A stretch of DNA of 64,000 nucleotides from a virus. Shown here piece by piece: positions 48,020 through 58,704 of this stretch. The notes below the pieces were generated by a model, which saw only the letters and a list, made by a program, of their open reading frames with translations, was not told the DNA's origin and made no database searches. Each line of letters starts with the position of its first letter. Position 1 is the stretch's first letter. The translations under genes were made by a program, and so were the position numbers. Location: the IMG/VR virus record IMGVR_UViG_3300027762_000001; one strand, given 5' to 3'.

Positions 48020-48274
48020 ATGAAACAAATTTTTACAGAGGTAGGAAAGAAAGTAGCAGTAATAGCTGGAGGTTATCTTCTAGGTAAGGGAATCGAGATG
48101 CTTGTAGATTGGGGAATCGATAAGTATCGCAAAAAAAAAGAAAGTAAAAATATTTCAAGTTATGACGAAGACATTAGTACCGAAAATAGCACGGGGATTA
48201 ATGACACAATCATCAGAAGAGAGACAATAAGAAGTGAGTCAGTTAAAGGTGATGTGAAAAAGAAAGCAGCATGA
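48020..48274 (+). CDS. Small amphipathic/membrane protein
   Basis: aaggag RBS; VAVIAGGYLLG; terminator 48277-48301. Confidence 0.65.
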   Translation: MKQIFTEVGKKVAVIAGGYLLGKGIEMLVDWGIDKYRKKKESKNISSYDEDISTENSTGINDTIIRRETIRSESVKGDVKKKAA

Positions 48275-48433
48275 CAAGAGAGGGTAAAACCTCTTTTTTT
48301 TCGATGTATTTTTAAGAAAGTCCTTCAAGTTAAGCCTTTTTGTTTTATTTTGTTAATTTTGATAAAATATAATTATAGATATTTTACTTCAAGTCTAACT
48401 AGAATCTCTTAAAATAAAAAGGAGGGATTTAAT

Positions 48434-49318
48434 ATGGATGATTTGAAAAAGGATCAGGAAAGGCTTTTGAAGGAATTGTTTCCAGAGCAAGAACAAGAAA
48501 AACTGTTAGATGAAATATCTCCCGAGCAAGAAAGACTTTTGAATGAACTATTCCCCGAATCAGAATTTAAGGAATACACAAGACCGATACCAATAATTAA
48601 AAATTATAATCCAAAAATAAAAAATACTATTATGGCACTTAAAACACTTAAAAAAATGGACTTATCATTAATCTTAAGTGTTGTCAGTATCTTATTTATT
48701 TTAATTTCATCAATTACTTTATACTCACACTATAATAAATTGAAAAACGAAAATGATAAAATTAACAATGAAAATAATAAAATTAAAAATAAAGTAAATC
48801 TAATTGAGAATAAAATAAAAAAAACTGATGAAGATATAAAAAATATAAAAGATGAGACAAATGAAAGAATGGAAGATTTAAGTCGAAATATGGGCGTAAT
48901 ACAAAGTACACTGGAGACTATAAATGAATCTATAAAAAAACTATACACTATTGTAACCGGGAGACAAAGTGCATCCGTGGGAGGGGAGACACTTGATATG
49001 AGGGCAACAGTATATGATTTAAGTGTTGAGAGTTGTGGCAAAACAAGAGACCACCCAGAGTATGGGATTACTAGATCCGGTGTAAAGGCTACCAAAAATA
49101 GAACAGTTGCCGTTGACCCTAAAGTAATACCTTTAGGGTCAAAATTATACATAACGTTTCCTGAGAAATATAAATTTATGAATGGTAATTATGTTGCTGA
49201 AGATACTGGCGGTGCAATAAAGGGAAACAAGATAGATATATTTTTGGGCGAGTCAGTAGATAGAGATTATATGATGGAATTTGGGATACAGCCTGTAAAG
49301 GTTAAATTAATAAAGTAA
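48434..49318 (+). CDS. Membrane-anchored 3D-domain protein (lytic transglycosylase-like)
   Basis: TM, coiled coil, AT.Y..GIT.SG..AVDP.VIPLGS..AEDTGGAIKGNKIDIF. Confidence 0.92.
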   Translation: MDDLKKDQERLLKELFPEQEQEKLLDEISPEQERLLNELFPESEFKEYTRPIPIIKNYNPKIKNTIMALKTLKKMDLSLILSVVSILFILISSITLYSHYNKLKNENDKINNENNKIKNKVNLIENKIKKTDEDIKNIKDETNERMEDLSRNMGVIQSTLETINESIKKLYTIVTGRQSASVGGETLDMRATVYDLSVESCGKTRDHPEYGITRSGVKATKNRTVAVDPKVIPLGSKLYITFPEKYKFMNGNYVAEDTGGAIKGNKIDIFLGESVDRDYMMEFGIQPVKVKLIK

Positions 49319-49387
49319 ACAAAAAAAGACAATGCAATATAGTCTTTTTTTTATATAAAAAAATAAAATAAAAAGGAGATTTGATTT

Positions 49388-49768
49388 ATGAAATTACAAG
49401 AAAAAGTGTGGAGTAAAATACCATACTTAAAAGAGTTAGTAGAAAAAGGTGATGTTAAAAGATTCACAGATAATGAAATTTTAGATTTAACAGAGGGAAA
49501 TAAGTTAAAGATAAAAGAGATGGAGGAGACAAATAAAAGTATAAATTTAAAAATTATAGCTGTATTAGATCAAACTGCTCATTTTCCTGATGAAAGTGTA
49601 AACATGACAAGCTATGTTTATATGGATAGTCAAACTAAGCCATGGATAATAGAAGGTGACGCGATAGGCTTCTTTGCAAATGTAATAAATGAAGCATGGT
49701 TTGTAGAAGAAATAGGTAGCATTGGAATAAAAGAGCTCCCCAGTGGTTTTATTCGAAGAGTAATGTGA
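49388..49768 (+). CDS. Hypothetical protein
   Basis: aaggag RBS; V.N......E.GSIG......G...R C-terminus. Confidence 0.65.
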   Translation: MKLQEKVWSKIPYLKELVEKGDVKRFTDNEILDLTEGNKLKIKEMEETNKSINLKIIAVLDQTAHFPDESVNMTSYVYMDSQTKPWIIEGDAIGFFANVINEAWFVEEIGSIGIKELPSGFIRRVM

Positions 49769-49805
49769 TAAAATGTTACTATAAAATAAAAAGGGAGGAA
49801 TATCC

Positions 49806-50285
49806 ATGTTTAAAAAAGTAGTGTTCACATTGGCGGTAGTATCAATACTTTCCATCAATGTATCTTTTGCTGAGGCTTGTATTTTTAAATTCAAGCCAGT
49901 TATCCCTAAGTGTCCTATAGTAATAGTTACGCCTACTCCTTCATCAACAGTAACTCCTGTGATTACACCAATACCTGTTAAGCCAAAACCAGTAATACCT
50001 GTACCTACAGTGCCTGTAATTCCTAAGACTCCTAAGCCTACAATTACCCCGATACCCACAGTAACACCTATACCAACGATAACACCTACAATTACTCCAA
50101 GACCTACTGTACCATCTCCAACGGGACCAATAATTCCTAAAACGCCTGCACCAGAATATGAGGAGATAAAAGTACTTCCAAAGACAGGCGAGAAAAAATC
50201 TATGAATTTAGTACATATTTTTGCTGGAGTTTTATTATTAATGGCTGGTTCAACAATATTTTTATATAAGAAAATTGGAGTATAA
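49806..50285 (+). CDS. Pro/Thr-rich LPxTG sortase-anchored surface protein
   Basis: Signal peptide ending VSFA, ~85-aa P/T/V/I-rich segment, LPKTG, TM, KK tail. Confidence 0.85.
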   Translation: MFKKVVFTLAVVSILSINVSFAEACIFKFKPVIPKCPIVIVTPTPSSTVTPVITPIPVKPKPVIPVPTVPVIPKTPKPTITPIPTVTPIPTITPTITPRPTVPSPTGPIIPKTPAPEYEEIKVLPKTGEKKSMNLVHIFAGVLLLMAGSTIFLYKKIGV

Positions 50286-50323
50286 ATTTTAAAGTGGTGG
50301 CCATATGGCCACCACTTTAAAAT
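50286..50323. terminator. 38-bp palindrome / bidirectional terminator
   Basis: attttaaagtggtggccatatggccaccactttaaaat between convergent genes. Confidence 0.75.
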
Positions 50324-50389
50324 GCTTGAATTTGCGGATAAGAACATGAACAGGATTATTTAAATTATATCATTTAATTTTATGAATCG

Positions 50390-50812
50390 CTACTTTAATT
50401 TCAATATGTAATATAATTCCTGAGGACTATAAGACTTATTATCTATCTTTGTTATTTCTGATTGATTTAAACCATTAACTACAAACTCAACACAATTATC
50501 GGAATTAAAATTATCTGGAATAAATTTTAGAAGCCATCTTAATAATTCTCTGTAATCATATGGCTTTCTTGTTTCGGTTAAATATTCCATTAATAATTCA
50601 TATTTATACATTTGATTTATAGGAATTTTTACTTCCTCGAATTTTCCATCTAATTCTTTTATATCGTAGACTTTTACACTTCTAAAAATATCAGTATCTA
50701 TTAAATAATCATTAATCCTAAAAGCAACATGACTAAATTCACTATCAGTGAAGAGTTGGATTATTTTAGATATAAATCCAACTCCTTTATAAAATAAAAT
50801 ATTTATTACCAT
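50390..50812 (-). CDS. Permuted papain-like (YaeF/YiiX-type) protein
   Basis: IS..I..FT.S.FSHV, KPYDY, NC.EFV, SP..LY. Confidence 0.7.
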   Translation of the reverse strand: MVINILFYKGVGFISKIIQLFTDSEFSHVAFRINDYLIDTDIFRSVKVYDIKELDGKFEEVKIPINQMYKYELLMEYLTETRKPYDYRELLRWLLKFIPDNFNSDNCVEFVVNGLNQSEITKIDNKSYSPQELYYILKLK

Positions 50813-51345
50813 GTTATTGACATAACATCTTCAACTGTAGTTGCATTATTAACTTGAGTTTCTTTTGTTCTAAACTTTGTAACATTAGTTTGAACATGTG
50901 TTACAGAGTCCAAATATAATTGTATTATTTGAGATTTATTGTGGGCTATACATTCTCTCGTATCATGTATTCTCCACTCTATAGTTGCATTTTCTGGATA
51001 ATAAGGTATTGCATCAATTGCTATTGTTAAGTTACGTTGAGCTTCTGTATCATATGAGTATAAATGAGGAGTGCCTAACGCTGAAGATGTAAATGAACTA
51101 TTTATTGTATTTGAACATGATACTTGTAACTCACTTATCTTTCTCTCTTTAGCTGCACTTAATTTTATACTTTCTATATTATTAATTATAGCCTGTATAG
51201 CTTCTTGATTTTCGTTATCATTAAATGTAAATGTGCCTACTCCATTTGATACTGTAACTAGTAATGGAGTAATACCTTCTTTAATAAAATAATCATGTAA
51301 TACATTTAAACTGCAATCAGCACAATTATTAATATAAAAAATCAT
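50806..51345 (-). CDS. DUF4376-like tail fibre assembly protein
   Basis: K..KI.EL...C...I...F.SSALG..H.Y......Q.NL; ending V..ITW. Confidence 0.7.
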   Translation of the reverse strand: MIFYINNCADCSLNVLHDYFIKEGITPLLVTVSNGVGTFTFNDNENQEAIQAIINNIESIKLSAAKERKISELQVSCSNTINSSFTSSALGTPHLYSYDTEAQRNLTIAIDAIPYYPENATIEWRIHDTRECIAHNKSQIIQLYLDSVTHVQTNVTKFRTKETQVNNATTVEDVMSITW

Positions 51346-51917
51346 CCTAGCACCTCCACTTGTAAATATGTATTTGAAGTTAAAATATTTCTAGATGAAC
51401 CACTATTTTGATATAATCTAATTTGTAAATAATCGCTAGTAGACACATCTAGAATTCTACTTACAATTTTTAAATACCTGTCTCTAGAACTATTTTCCCA
51501 TCCATATTCATGCTCTTCTATAACACTACCGTTTAATAGTAATTGTATGTAGTGTATACGAACTTCTCTTAAATCATCTACATTTAATAGGCATGAAAGC
51601 CTTACTTTAGTTATACCGGATGGAATAGTTATTCTATTATTCTGACTTGAATTCCAAAATCCATGAATATCACTTTGCGGATTCCAAGTTACCAGCGTAA
51701 CTGAGCCAGAAGAGATAGATTGTGTAGATGTTTTATTAAAATTGCTAAACTCAATATTGGAATATAGTCCACCCGCAATTTTAATTAAAGGATTACCTAG
51801 CCCATTTCCTACATATAACTCTCTTGTATCTGTGCATATAAATGGTTCCCCAGTCAAACCTTCACTTGGAAGGTTTGACTTAAGGCCACGTTTTAATTTT
51901 ATAAATGTATTCATCAA
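51342..51917 (-). CDS. Short fibre/receptor-binding protein with Mtd-N-like adaptor and C1q-like beta head
   Basis: IKLKRG...LP.....GEP..CTDT.ELY.G.G; beta-rich C-terminus. Confidence 0.6.
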   Translation of the reverse strand: MMNTFIKLKRGLKSNLPSEGLTGEPFICTDTRELYVGNGLGNPLIKIAGGLYSNIEFSNFNKTSTQSISSGSVTLVTWNPQSDIHGFWNSSQNNRITIPSGITKVRLSCLLNVDDLREVRIHYIQLLLNGSVIEEHEYGWENSSRDRYLKIVSRILDVSTSDYLQIRLYQNSGSSRNILTSNTYLQVEVLG

Positions 51918-51935
51918 TTTTCACATCCTGACATT

Positions 51936-54900
51936 TTATGCTGATACAACTTCTAAGTAAAATTCACCATCTTTAACTACAAACCTATATTGAACACCTG
52001 TGTAGTCTGGATTAGTACCTTCGTCTTCGTAACTGTGAGGATTAGCCATATTATCTAAGTGATTGTCTGTCTTTTTATCAGCTCTTACTATCATATCACT
52101 ATTATCATTAATCTGTGCTTTAATAGTAGTACCGTAACTGTAAGTAGTAGTAGGTATAGTTCCTGTTCCACTTGAATATACAGTTCCTGACTTTTGAGCC
52201 TGTAATATTTGTGGGTCGTAAGTTGTTATAGTAGGAGTTGCTAGTTGATAATATACTTTAGTGCCAGCTAGAGCTGTTTTAGCTGCAGCTAAAGTTGCAT
52301 ATGTGCCTAACGCTACTACGAATCCTAACCTACCAGTAGTTGACACATAATATTTACCAATTTCACTTGTGGGAAGATTAGTTGGGTCTACATAGCTTGA
52401 TGCATCTTTTCCAATAACTCTTGTTTTACCATTAGTTGCAGGAGATAATGATAGATCGCCAGTTAAAAAATTAGTGCCAGTATATGCAACTTGAACATTA
52501 GTCATATTCTCGATATTCGTAATATCTGCTTCAACTAAGCTGTACTCATTACTTACATTCTTCGTATGAACTCCAGTCTGAACATCAAAACTATCTGATA
52601 TAGCAGGAACATTTCTTAATGCAACTGGTGTTTCTGCTACTGTTTCTTTGTATTCTTCGTATGTTGTAGCTGATGAGCCTTGTTCTAACTGTAATTCAAT
52701 AGCTTCAAAATCCTCTCCTATATCCCATGTTGATGAAGGATTTTTTCTAAAATTGAAAAATACATATTCTGTCTTAGTTAATGTAAATGTAGTTGTTAGT
52801 GGTTGCATACTCCCAAATATATCGCCACTATTTTGAGTTATCGCTTTATAGTATATTGCTTGGCTGCTTGACATTATGTATGTTCCAGCACCTAATAATA
52901 TATGATTAGTATGTCTATAAATTGTTGTGTCAGCACCTTCACCCTCATAAGGTGGATAAGTTAAATCATAACCAGTGTAAAAAGACTGATTTTGCAATAA
53001 ATTCTTCCCAACACTTGTTATAGTTTGTGACTGTGTATGTGCTGTGTCTCTATGATAAGCGTATTTTTCGAGTAAAGCATTAGCACCTAAGGCATATTCT
53101 GTAGCTGTTATTTCTTGTACCATTAGTGCATCTATATATCCATATTGATTTTCTGCTCCATCAATATATCCCATTATAAATATTGACGATGAAGCATCAA
53201 AGTCTGTTGGTTGTACAACTACTCCAACTCTAGTCCATGATGTAGAAGTTACAAAGCTGGATGCTACTGTATTATCTCCTATGGGAACAACTTGCATTCT
53301 AATTCCTGAACCTGATAAATTACCATTTTTTAAATACCCTGACACAAAATAATATTTACCAGCAGTGAATATAGAAGAATTACTATAATTTGCATAACCA
53401 TTTGTTTGACCAGCACTTAATGTCATTTTAATACAATTATCGCCTTCATACTCATTACTACTATCTAATGACCTTACACATCTAGTATTTCCCCAAGAAG
53501 TAACATCTTCACAACCAGCTATTGTATCAGGTAATTTATTAGTTACTGTATTACCTTTAACTACCATTTTAAGTTCTGATCTTTCTATATTATTAGAAGG
53601 TAAACTTATTATACTTTGTGTAACTTCAGTATTTGTTGAATAACTAGCTACTAATAAATTATCAATTCCATGAGCATTGGCTACATTATCAATATGACTT
53701 TCTACTTTATCATCTACCCTATCTATCATTTCACTATTATCATCTACTTGTGCTTTAATAGTAGTACCATAGCTATAAGTAGTAGTAGGAATAGTTCCTG
53801 CTCCACTTAAATATACAGTTCCTGATTTTTGAGCTTGAAGTATTTGTGGGTCGTAATTAGTTATAGTAGGTGTTGCTATTTGATAATATAACTTAGTTCC
53901 TGCTAGAGCTGTTTTAGCAGTGGCTAGACTTGCATATGTGCCTTTAGCCACTACAAAAGCAATTTCATTACTGAATGCAGTTAGCTTAAAAGTTCTAATA
54001 TATGACACATTATCAATACTTGTTCCTGATGTTGTTTGATTTTCTGAGTAGCCAATTAATCTGTAAGTGTCATATATGGCAACTGCTGTACTACCATATG
54101 CTTTTGATAAAGCATTTTTATTAATTTTAACATAATCAACATTAGTTAAACTTGTTACTAATTCAACTATATCTGCTTCAACTAAACTATACTCATCACT
54201 TACATTCTTAGTATGAATACCAGTCTGTACATCAAAAGTATCACTTATAACAGGAACGCTTCTAAGTGCAATTGGTGTTTCTGCTACTGTATCTTTGTAT
54301 GGTTCGTAAGTTGTAGCTGATGTGCCTAACTCAACTTGTTCTGTATTATGGTTATCTAATAAATCAGATATTTTAATCCAATATCCATTAGCAGGAATAG
54401 TGATTGTTGCACTATCTTGAGCGCCACTTATAAATGTTTTATTTATATCGTATATTGCGTGTCTACGTTGAGCGCCTCCACTACCAGACCTTCTATAAGA
54501 TGTGCTAGGAGTAACGGAAATCCAATCAGAAGCATAATGTAATACATTCGCGGTTAAATTACCAGTAATAGATGATATTAAATAACCACTTGCTTTAGTA
54601 TTTTTGTTAAACAAATTCTTCCCAACACTCGTTATAGTCTGTGGCTCGGTGTGTGCTGTACCTCTATGGAAAGCGTACTTGCTAAGTAAAGCAGTAGTAC
54701 CTAATGCGTATTCTGTGGCTGTTATTTCCTGTAGCATTAGTGCATCAACAAAGGCGTATTGTGTTTCTGTGCCAGTTACTCTTGTTTGTAATCTTAGTTG
54801 TGTTGCACTTGCCATGTCACTAGGTTGTACAACTATACCAACTCTAGTATAACTTGTCGCAGTTATGTATGAAGATGTTTTAGTCGCACCACCGCTAACA

Positions 54901-57900
54901 AATTCAGTTTCTAGTCTTATCCCAGTTGTAGCATTTCCGTTTTTCAAACGAATTGATATTAAATAATACTTAGAAATATCCAAACTTGCTAATATGTTTC
55001 TATAATTGTATGAAGTTGTTTGTCCCGCACTTAAAGTCTGCTTAAGGCAATTAGTTCCTTCAAACTCGTTGTCACTATCTGTTGCTAATGTACCTTGTAC
55101 TACACTCCACCCAGTAGTAGACTCACACCCTGCCACAGTATCTGCTAGCAAGTTAGTTACTGTATTACCTTTAACTGTTGTTTTAAGTTCACTTGTTTCA
55201 ATATTAGTCGAAGGTAAACTTATTATACTTTGCGTTACCTCTGTATCTGCTAAATAACTAGCCACTAATAAATTATCCATTCCATGAGCGTCAGTTTCAT
55301 TACCTAAATGAGATGCAAGATTTGAAGCTGTTGCATAGTGACTTCCTTCTTGACCATCAAGTAAATCGGCATCTAAACCTGAAGTAGTACCGTCTACTGT
55401 TTTAATGGCTGTCAATATTTCATTAGCTGTCATATCAGCAGTTGCATTTGATTCAACTCCATCCAACTTCGTTTTATCTGATGCACTCATTAAACCTGAG
55501 GCAGAAGTTGTAGCATTTGCTATAATATCAGAACCTCCAGTTATATGAGATGAAGCGTGGGCTCCAGGAAGTAATCCTGTATGACTGTGAGAACTAATTG
55601 CTCCTGTTAATTTGGCCTCAATTTCAGCCTTAGTTATATCGCTATTTTTTTGAGCATCAGAAGGAGCATGAGCTACTTGACTATGGTCATAAGCTGTTTT
55701 ACCTCTGTCGCCTCTATATGCTGTAGTATCTGTTTCTCCCAAAGCTAAATTAGATTTAGCATTCCAGGTACTTTTCTCAGTATCTGTTACAAATCTATTA
55801 TTTGTATCTTGAGTAATAATAGATGGAGCGTGATTTGCGGGATGTGTATAGTTGTTAGCATTTGTAGCTACTCCATCTAATTTTGTTTTATCAGTTGAAC
55901 TCATAAATCCATTAACAGAAGTGGTCGCCGCTCCATGCGCTGCACCTGTTGCTCCTACATGAGAGCTTGCAGCAAAGTCTGAAGCTAGATATCCACTATC
56001 CTTTAAAAGTTTTCCAGTAACGCCATCGAAGGCCGCTAATCTATTAGTTATTGAAGATGCAGGGCCTATAACAGCTCCATCAATATTTACTTGAATTATG
56101 TTAAAATTAGCCCCTACAGCAGCATGAGTTCCAGAAGCAGTCCCATCAACTGTACAAATTATCATATCGCCAACTTCAACATTAGGACCTGATGCACCAC
56201 CTATTTTACCGGAAACACTTACTTTCCAAGTATGACCAGCACTACCCGCAGAATAATTAGGATTAGCTGAACAATCAATAACTCCCTTATATACCATAGC
56301 GTCATTAGCGCCAATTAAATTATCAACATAAGTTTTAACCGCATCTGCTCTTGCAAGAGCTGTAGAACTACCAGTTAATGTAGTCTCAACAGTATATCCA
56401 TCATTTAAGGCATCCCCTGTAGCGCCATTCCATGTCGGAACAGCTCCACTTGTAGATGAAGCTCTCTTTTTGACTTGAGCGTCATCTGTAACATTAGTAA
56501 GCCCTACTTGAGCTTTAGTTACAGTATGAGGGTTAGATGTACTTCCTGTATGAGAGGTTAAATTTGAAGCTGTAGCATAATGACTTCCTTCTTGACCATC
56601 TAATAAGTCAGCATCTAATCCTGAAGTTGTGCCATCAACTGTTTTTATAGCTGTTAATATTTCATTAGCTGTCATATCAGCAGTTGCATTTGATTCAACG
56701 CCATCTAACTTTGTTTTATCTGATGCACTCATTAAACCTGCAACGCTTGTTGTAGCATTTGCTATAACATCAGAGCCCCCAGTTATATGAGTGGAAGCAT
56801 GAGTTCCAGGAGTTAATCCTGTATGGTCATGAGAGCTAATAGAACCTGTTAATTTAGCTTCTATTTCAGCTTTAGTTATATCACTATTTTTTTGAGCATC
56901 AGAAGGAGCATGAGCTACTTGACTATGGTCATAAGCTGTTTTTCCTCTGTCACCCCTGTAAGCTGTAGTATCTGTTTCTCCCAAAGCTAAATTAGATTTA
57001 GCATTCCAAGTACTCTTTTCAGTATCTGTAACAAATCTATTATTAGTATCTTGAGTTATAATAGAAGGATCATGATTTGCTGGATGAGTATAATTGTTAG
57101 CACTTGTAGCAACTCCATCTAATTTAGTCTTATCAGTTGAGCTCATAAATCCGTCAACGGAAGTAGTTGATACTCCATGAGCATTGCCAGTTGCTCCTAC
57201 ATGAGAACTTGCAGCAAAATCAGATACTAAATATCCACTATCTTTTAAAAGTTTCCCTGTAACACCATCAAAAGCTGCTAATCTATTATTTGTTGATGAG
57301 GCAGGTCCAATAACCGATCCATCAATATTTACTTGAATTATATTAAAATTAGAACCAACAGTTGCGTGGTCTCCAGAAGACGTGCTGTCCACTGTACATA
57401 TTATCATGTCTCCAACTTCAACGTTAGGCCCTGATGCTCCACCTATTTTTCCTGCTACACTTACCTTCCAAGTGTGACCAGCATCACCCGCGGAATAATT
57501 TGGATTAGCGGAACAATCAATAGCGCCTTTAAATACCATTGCATCATTGGCACCAATTAAATTATCCACATAAGTTTTTACAGCGTCAGCTCTTGGTATT
57601 GATGTGGAACCTCCAGATAGTGTAGTTTCTACACCATATCCGTCAGTTAGAGCATCACCATTTGAGCCATTCCATGTTGGTATATTTCCACCTGTTGAAG
57701 AAGCTCTCTTTTTGACTTGAGCATCATCTGTAACATTTGTAAGTCCTACTTGAGCTTTAGTTACAGTGTGAGGGTTATTAGTCAGTGAAGTATGATCATA
57801 AGCTGTTTTTCCTCTGTCTCCTCTATAAGCATTAGTTGATAATTCTCCTAAAGCTAAATCTGATTTTGCATTCCATGTACTCTTCTCAGCATCTGTAACA

Positions 57901-58337
57901 AATCTATTATTTGTATCTTGAGTTATTATAGAGGGATCATGATTTGCAGGATGGGTATAATTATTAGCATTCTCTGCTATATTGGCTAATTTACTTTTCT
58001 CAGTTGTAGTATAATCTTCAGTTGAAAGACCTTTACCTGTGATCTTGTCGACTTTATCACCTAAAGCAGAAGCTGTGGCATAATAACTTCCCTCTTGACC
58101 ATCTAACTTATCTGAATCATCTACAATGCCATCTTGGTTAGTGTCGTATATAGCTCTAACCATATCTCCGCCGGCACTACCAGGTATATATTCTAAGTCA
58201 TTCCATGCAGTTATGCCATCACCTATTTTAATTTTTAGCGTATCTGTTTCTACTCCAACTTCTCCTTCTGCCAATATAGGATTTATTATAGTCCAATTTT
58301 CAGCAGTATCTCTTCTTAACTGAATTTGTTGTGCCAT
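51936..58337 (-). CDS. Long tail fibre protein with tandem duplications
   Basis: IQLRRDT...W...NP.L..GE.G.ETDT.K.KIGDG..WN.L.Y; NPH.VTKAQVGL, G.MS..DKTKLDG, GLDADLLDG repeats; two ~414-aa and two ~540-aa units. Confidence 0.88.
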   Translation of the reverse strand: MAQQIQLRRDTAENWTIINPILAEGEVGVETDTLKIKIGDGITAWNDLEYIPGSAGGDMVRAIYDTNQDGIVDDSDKLDGQEGSYYATASALGDKVDKITGKGLSTEDYTTTEKSKLANIAENANNYTHPANHDPSIITQDTNNRFVTDAEKSTWNAKSDLALGELSTNAYRGDRGKTAYDHTSLTNNPHTVTKAQVGLTNVTDDAQVKKRASSTGGNIPTWNGSNGDALTDGYGVETTLSGGSTSIPRADAVKTYVDNLIGANDAMVFKGAIDCSANPNYSAGDAGHTWKVSVAGKIGGASGPNVEVGDMIICTVDSTSSGDHATVGSNFNIIQVNIDGSVIGPASSTNNRLAAFDGVTGKLLKDSGYLVSDFAASSHVGATGNAHGVSTTSVDGFMSSTDKTKLDGVATSANNYTHPANHDPSIITQDTNNRFVTDTEKSTWNAKSNLALGETDTTAYRGDRGKTAYDHSQVAHAPSDAQKNSDITKAEIEAKLTGSISSHDHTGLTPGTHASTHITGGSDVIANATTSVAGLMSASDKTKLDGVESNATADMTANEILTAIKTVDGTTSGLDADLLDGQEGSHYATASNLTSHTGSTSNPHTVTKAQVGLTNVTDDAQVKKRASSTSGAVPTWNGATGDALNDGYTVETTLTGSSTALARADAVKTYVDNLIGANDAMVYKGVIDCSANPNYSAGSAGHTWKVSVSGKIGGASGPNVEVGDMIICTVDGTASGTHAAVGANFNIIQVNIDGAVIGPASSITNRLAAFDGVTGKLLKDSGYLASDFAASSHVGATGAAHGAATTSVNGFMSSTDKTKLDGVATNANNYTHPANHAPSIITQDTNNRFVTDTEKSTWNAKSNLALGETDTTAYRGDRGKTAYDHSQVAHAPSDAQKNSDITKAEIEAKLTGAISSHSHTGLLPGAHASSHITGGSDIIANATTSASGLMSASDKTKLDGVESNATADMTANEILTAIKTVDGTTSGLDADLLDGQEGSHYATASNLASHLGNETDAHGMDNLLVASYLADTEVTQSIISLPSTNIETSELKTTVKGNTVTNLLADTVAGCESTTGWSVVQGTLATDSDNEFEGTNCLKQTLSAGQTTSYNYRNILASLDISKYYLISIRLKNGNATTGIRLETEFVSGGATKTSSYITATSYTRVGIVVQPSDMASATQLRLQTRVTGTETQYAFVDALMLQEITATEYALGTTALLSKYAFHRGTAHTEPQTITSVGKNLFNKNTKASGYLISSITGNLTANVLHYASDWISVTPSTSYRRSGSGGAQRRHAIYDINKTFISGAQDSATITIPANGYWIKISDLLDNHNTEQVELGTSATTYEPYKDTVAETPIALRSVPVISDTFDVQTGIHTKNVSDEYSLVEADIVELVTSLTNVDYVKINKNALSKAYGSTAVAIYDTYRLIGYSENQTTSGTSIDNVSYIRTFKLTAFSNEIAFVVAKGTYASLATAKTALAGTKLYYQIATPTITNYDPQILQAQKSGTVYLSGAGTIPTTTYSYGTTIKAQVDDNSEMIDRVDDKVESHIDNVANAHGIDNLLVASYSTNTEVTQSIISLPSNNIERSELKMVVKGNTVTNKLPDTIAGCEDVTSWGNTRCVRSLDSSNEYEGDNCIKMTLSAGQTNGYANYSNSSIFTAGKYYFVSGYLKNGNLSGSGIRMQVVPIGDNTVASSFVTSTSWTRVGVVVQPTDFDASSSIFIMGYIDGAENQYGYIDALMVQEITATEYALGANALLEKYAYHRDTAHTQSQTITSVGKNLLQNQSFYTGYDLTYPPYEGEGADTTIYRHTNHILLGAGTYIMSSSQAIYYKAITQNSGDIFGSMQPLTTTFTLTKTEYVFFNFRKNPSSTWDIGEDFEAIELQLEQGSSATTYEEYKETVAETPVALRNVPAISDSFDVQTGVHTKNVSNEYSLVEADITNIENMTNVQVAYTGTNFLTGDLSLSPATNGKTRVIGKDASSYVDPTNLPTSEIGKYYVSTTGRLGFVVALGTYATLAAAKTALAGTKVYYQLATPTITTYDPQILQAQKSGTVYSSGTGTIPTTTYSYGTTIKAQINDNSDMIVRADKKTDNHLDNMANPHSYEDEGTNPDYTGVQYRFVVKDGEFYLEVVSA

Positions 58338-58338
58338 T

Positions 58339-58554
58339 TTATGCTCCACCTCCATTTATTCCTTGTGTACCACCATACACAGAACTTGCATTTCCACCAT
58401 CTGCTTGAAAAAATGCAGCAATTTTAACAGGTGGGCTGCCAGGACCAACTCCAATATATAATTCTTTAGTATCTGTACAAAAAAGCGGTTCACCGCTAGC
58501 ACCTTCAGATGGAAGATCTTGTTTTAGTCCCCTTCGAATTTTAATCGTGGCCAT
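58339..58554 (-). CDS. Small Mtd-N-like tail-associated protein
   Basis: IKIRRG...LP.....GEP.FCTDTKELYIG. Confidence 0.65.
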   Translation of the reverse strand: MATIKIRRGLKQDLPSEGASGEPLFCTDTKELYIGVGPGSPPVKIAAFFQADGGNASSVYGGTQGINGGGA

Positions 58555-58649
58555 ATTATCTCCCCTTTATAATAATATCTTTAATATTATTATAAATCAT
58601 ATTTTGTTAAAATAAAAACTTTATAATCTATCTTGTATTTATTATATAA

Positions 58650-58679
58650 AAATAGTGGGGTTATATAACCCCACTATTT
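58650..58679 (-). terminator. Intrinsic terminator
   Basis: aaatagtggggtta-ta-taaccccactattt. Confidence 0.7.
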
Positions 58680-58704
58680 ATTAATATGTTAATAATTAAA
58701 ATTA

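Noticed and set aside
49565-50347. 260-aa minus-strand Gly/Val-rich ORF
   Set aside because: Antisense shadow of the Pro/Thr-rich LPxTG gene.
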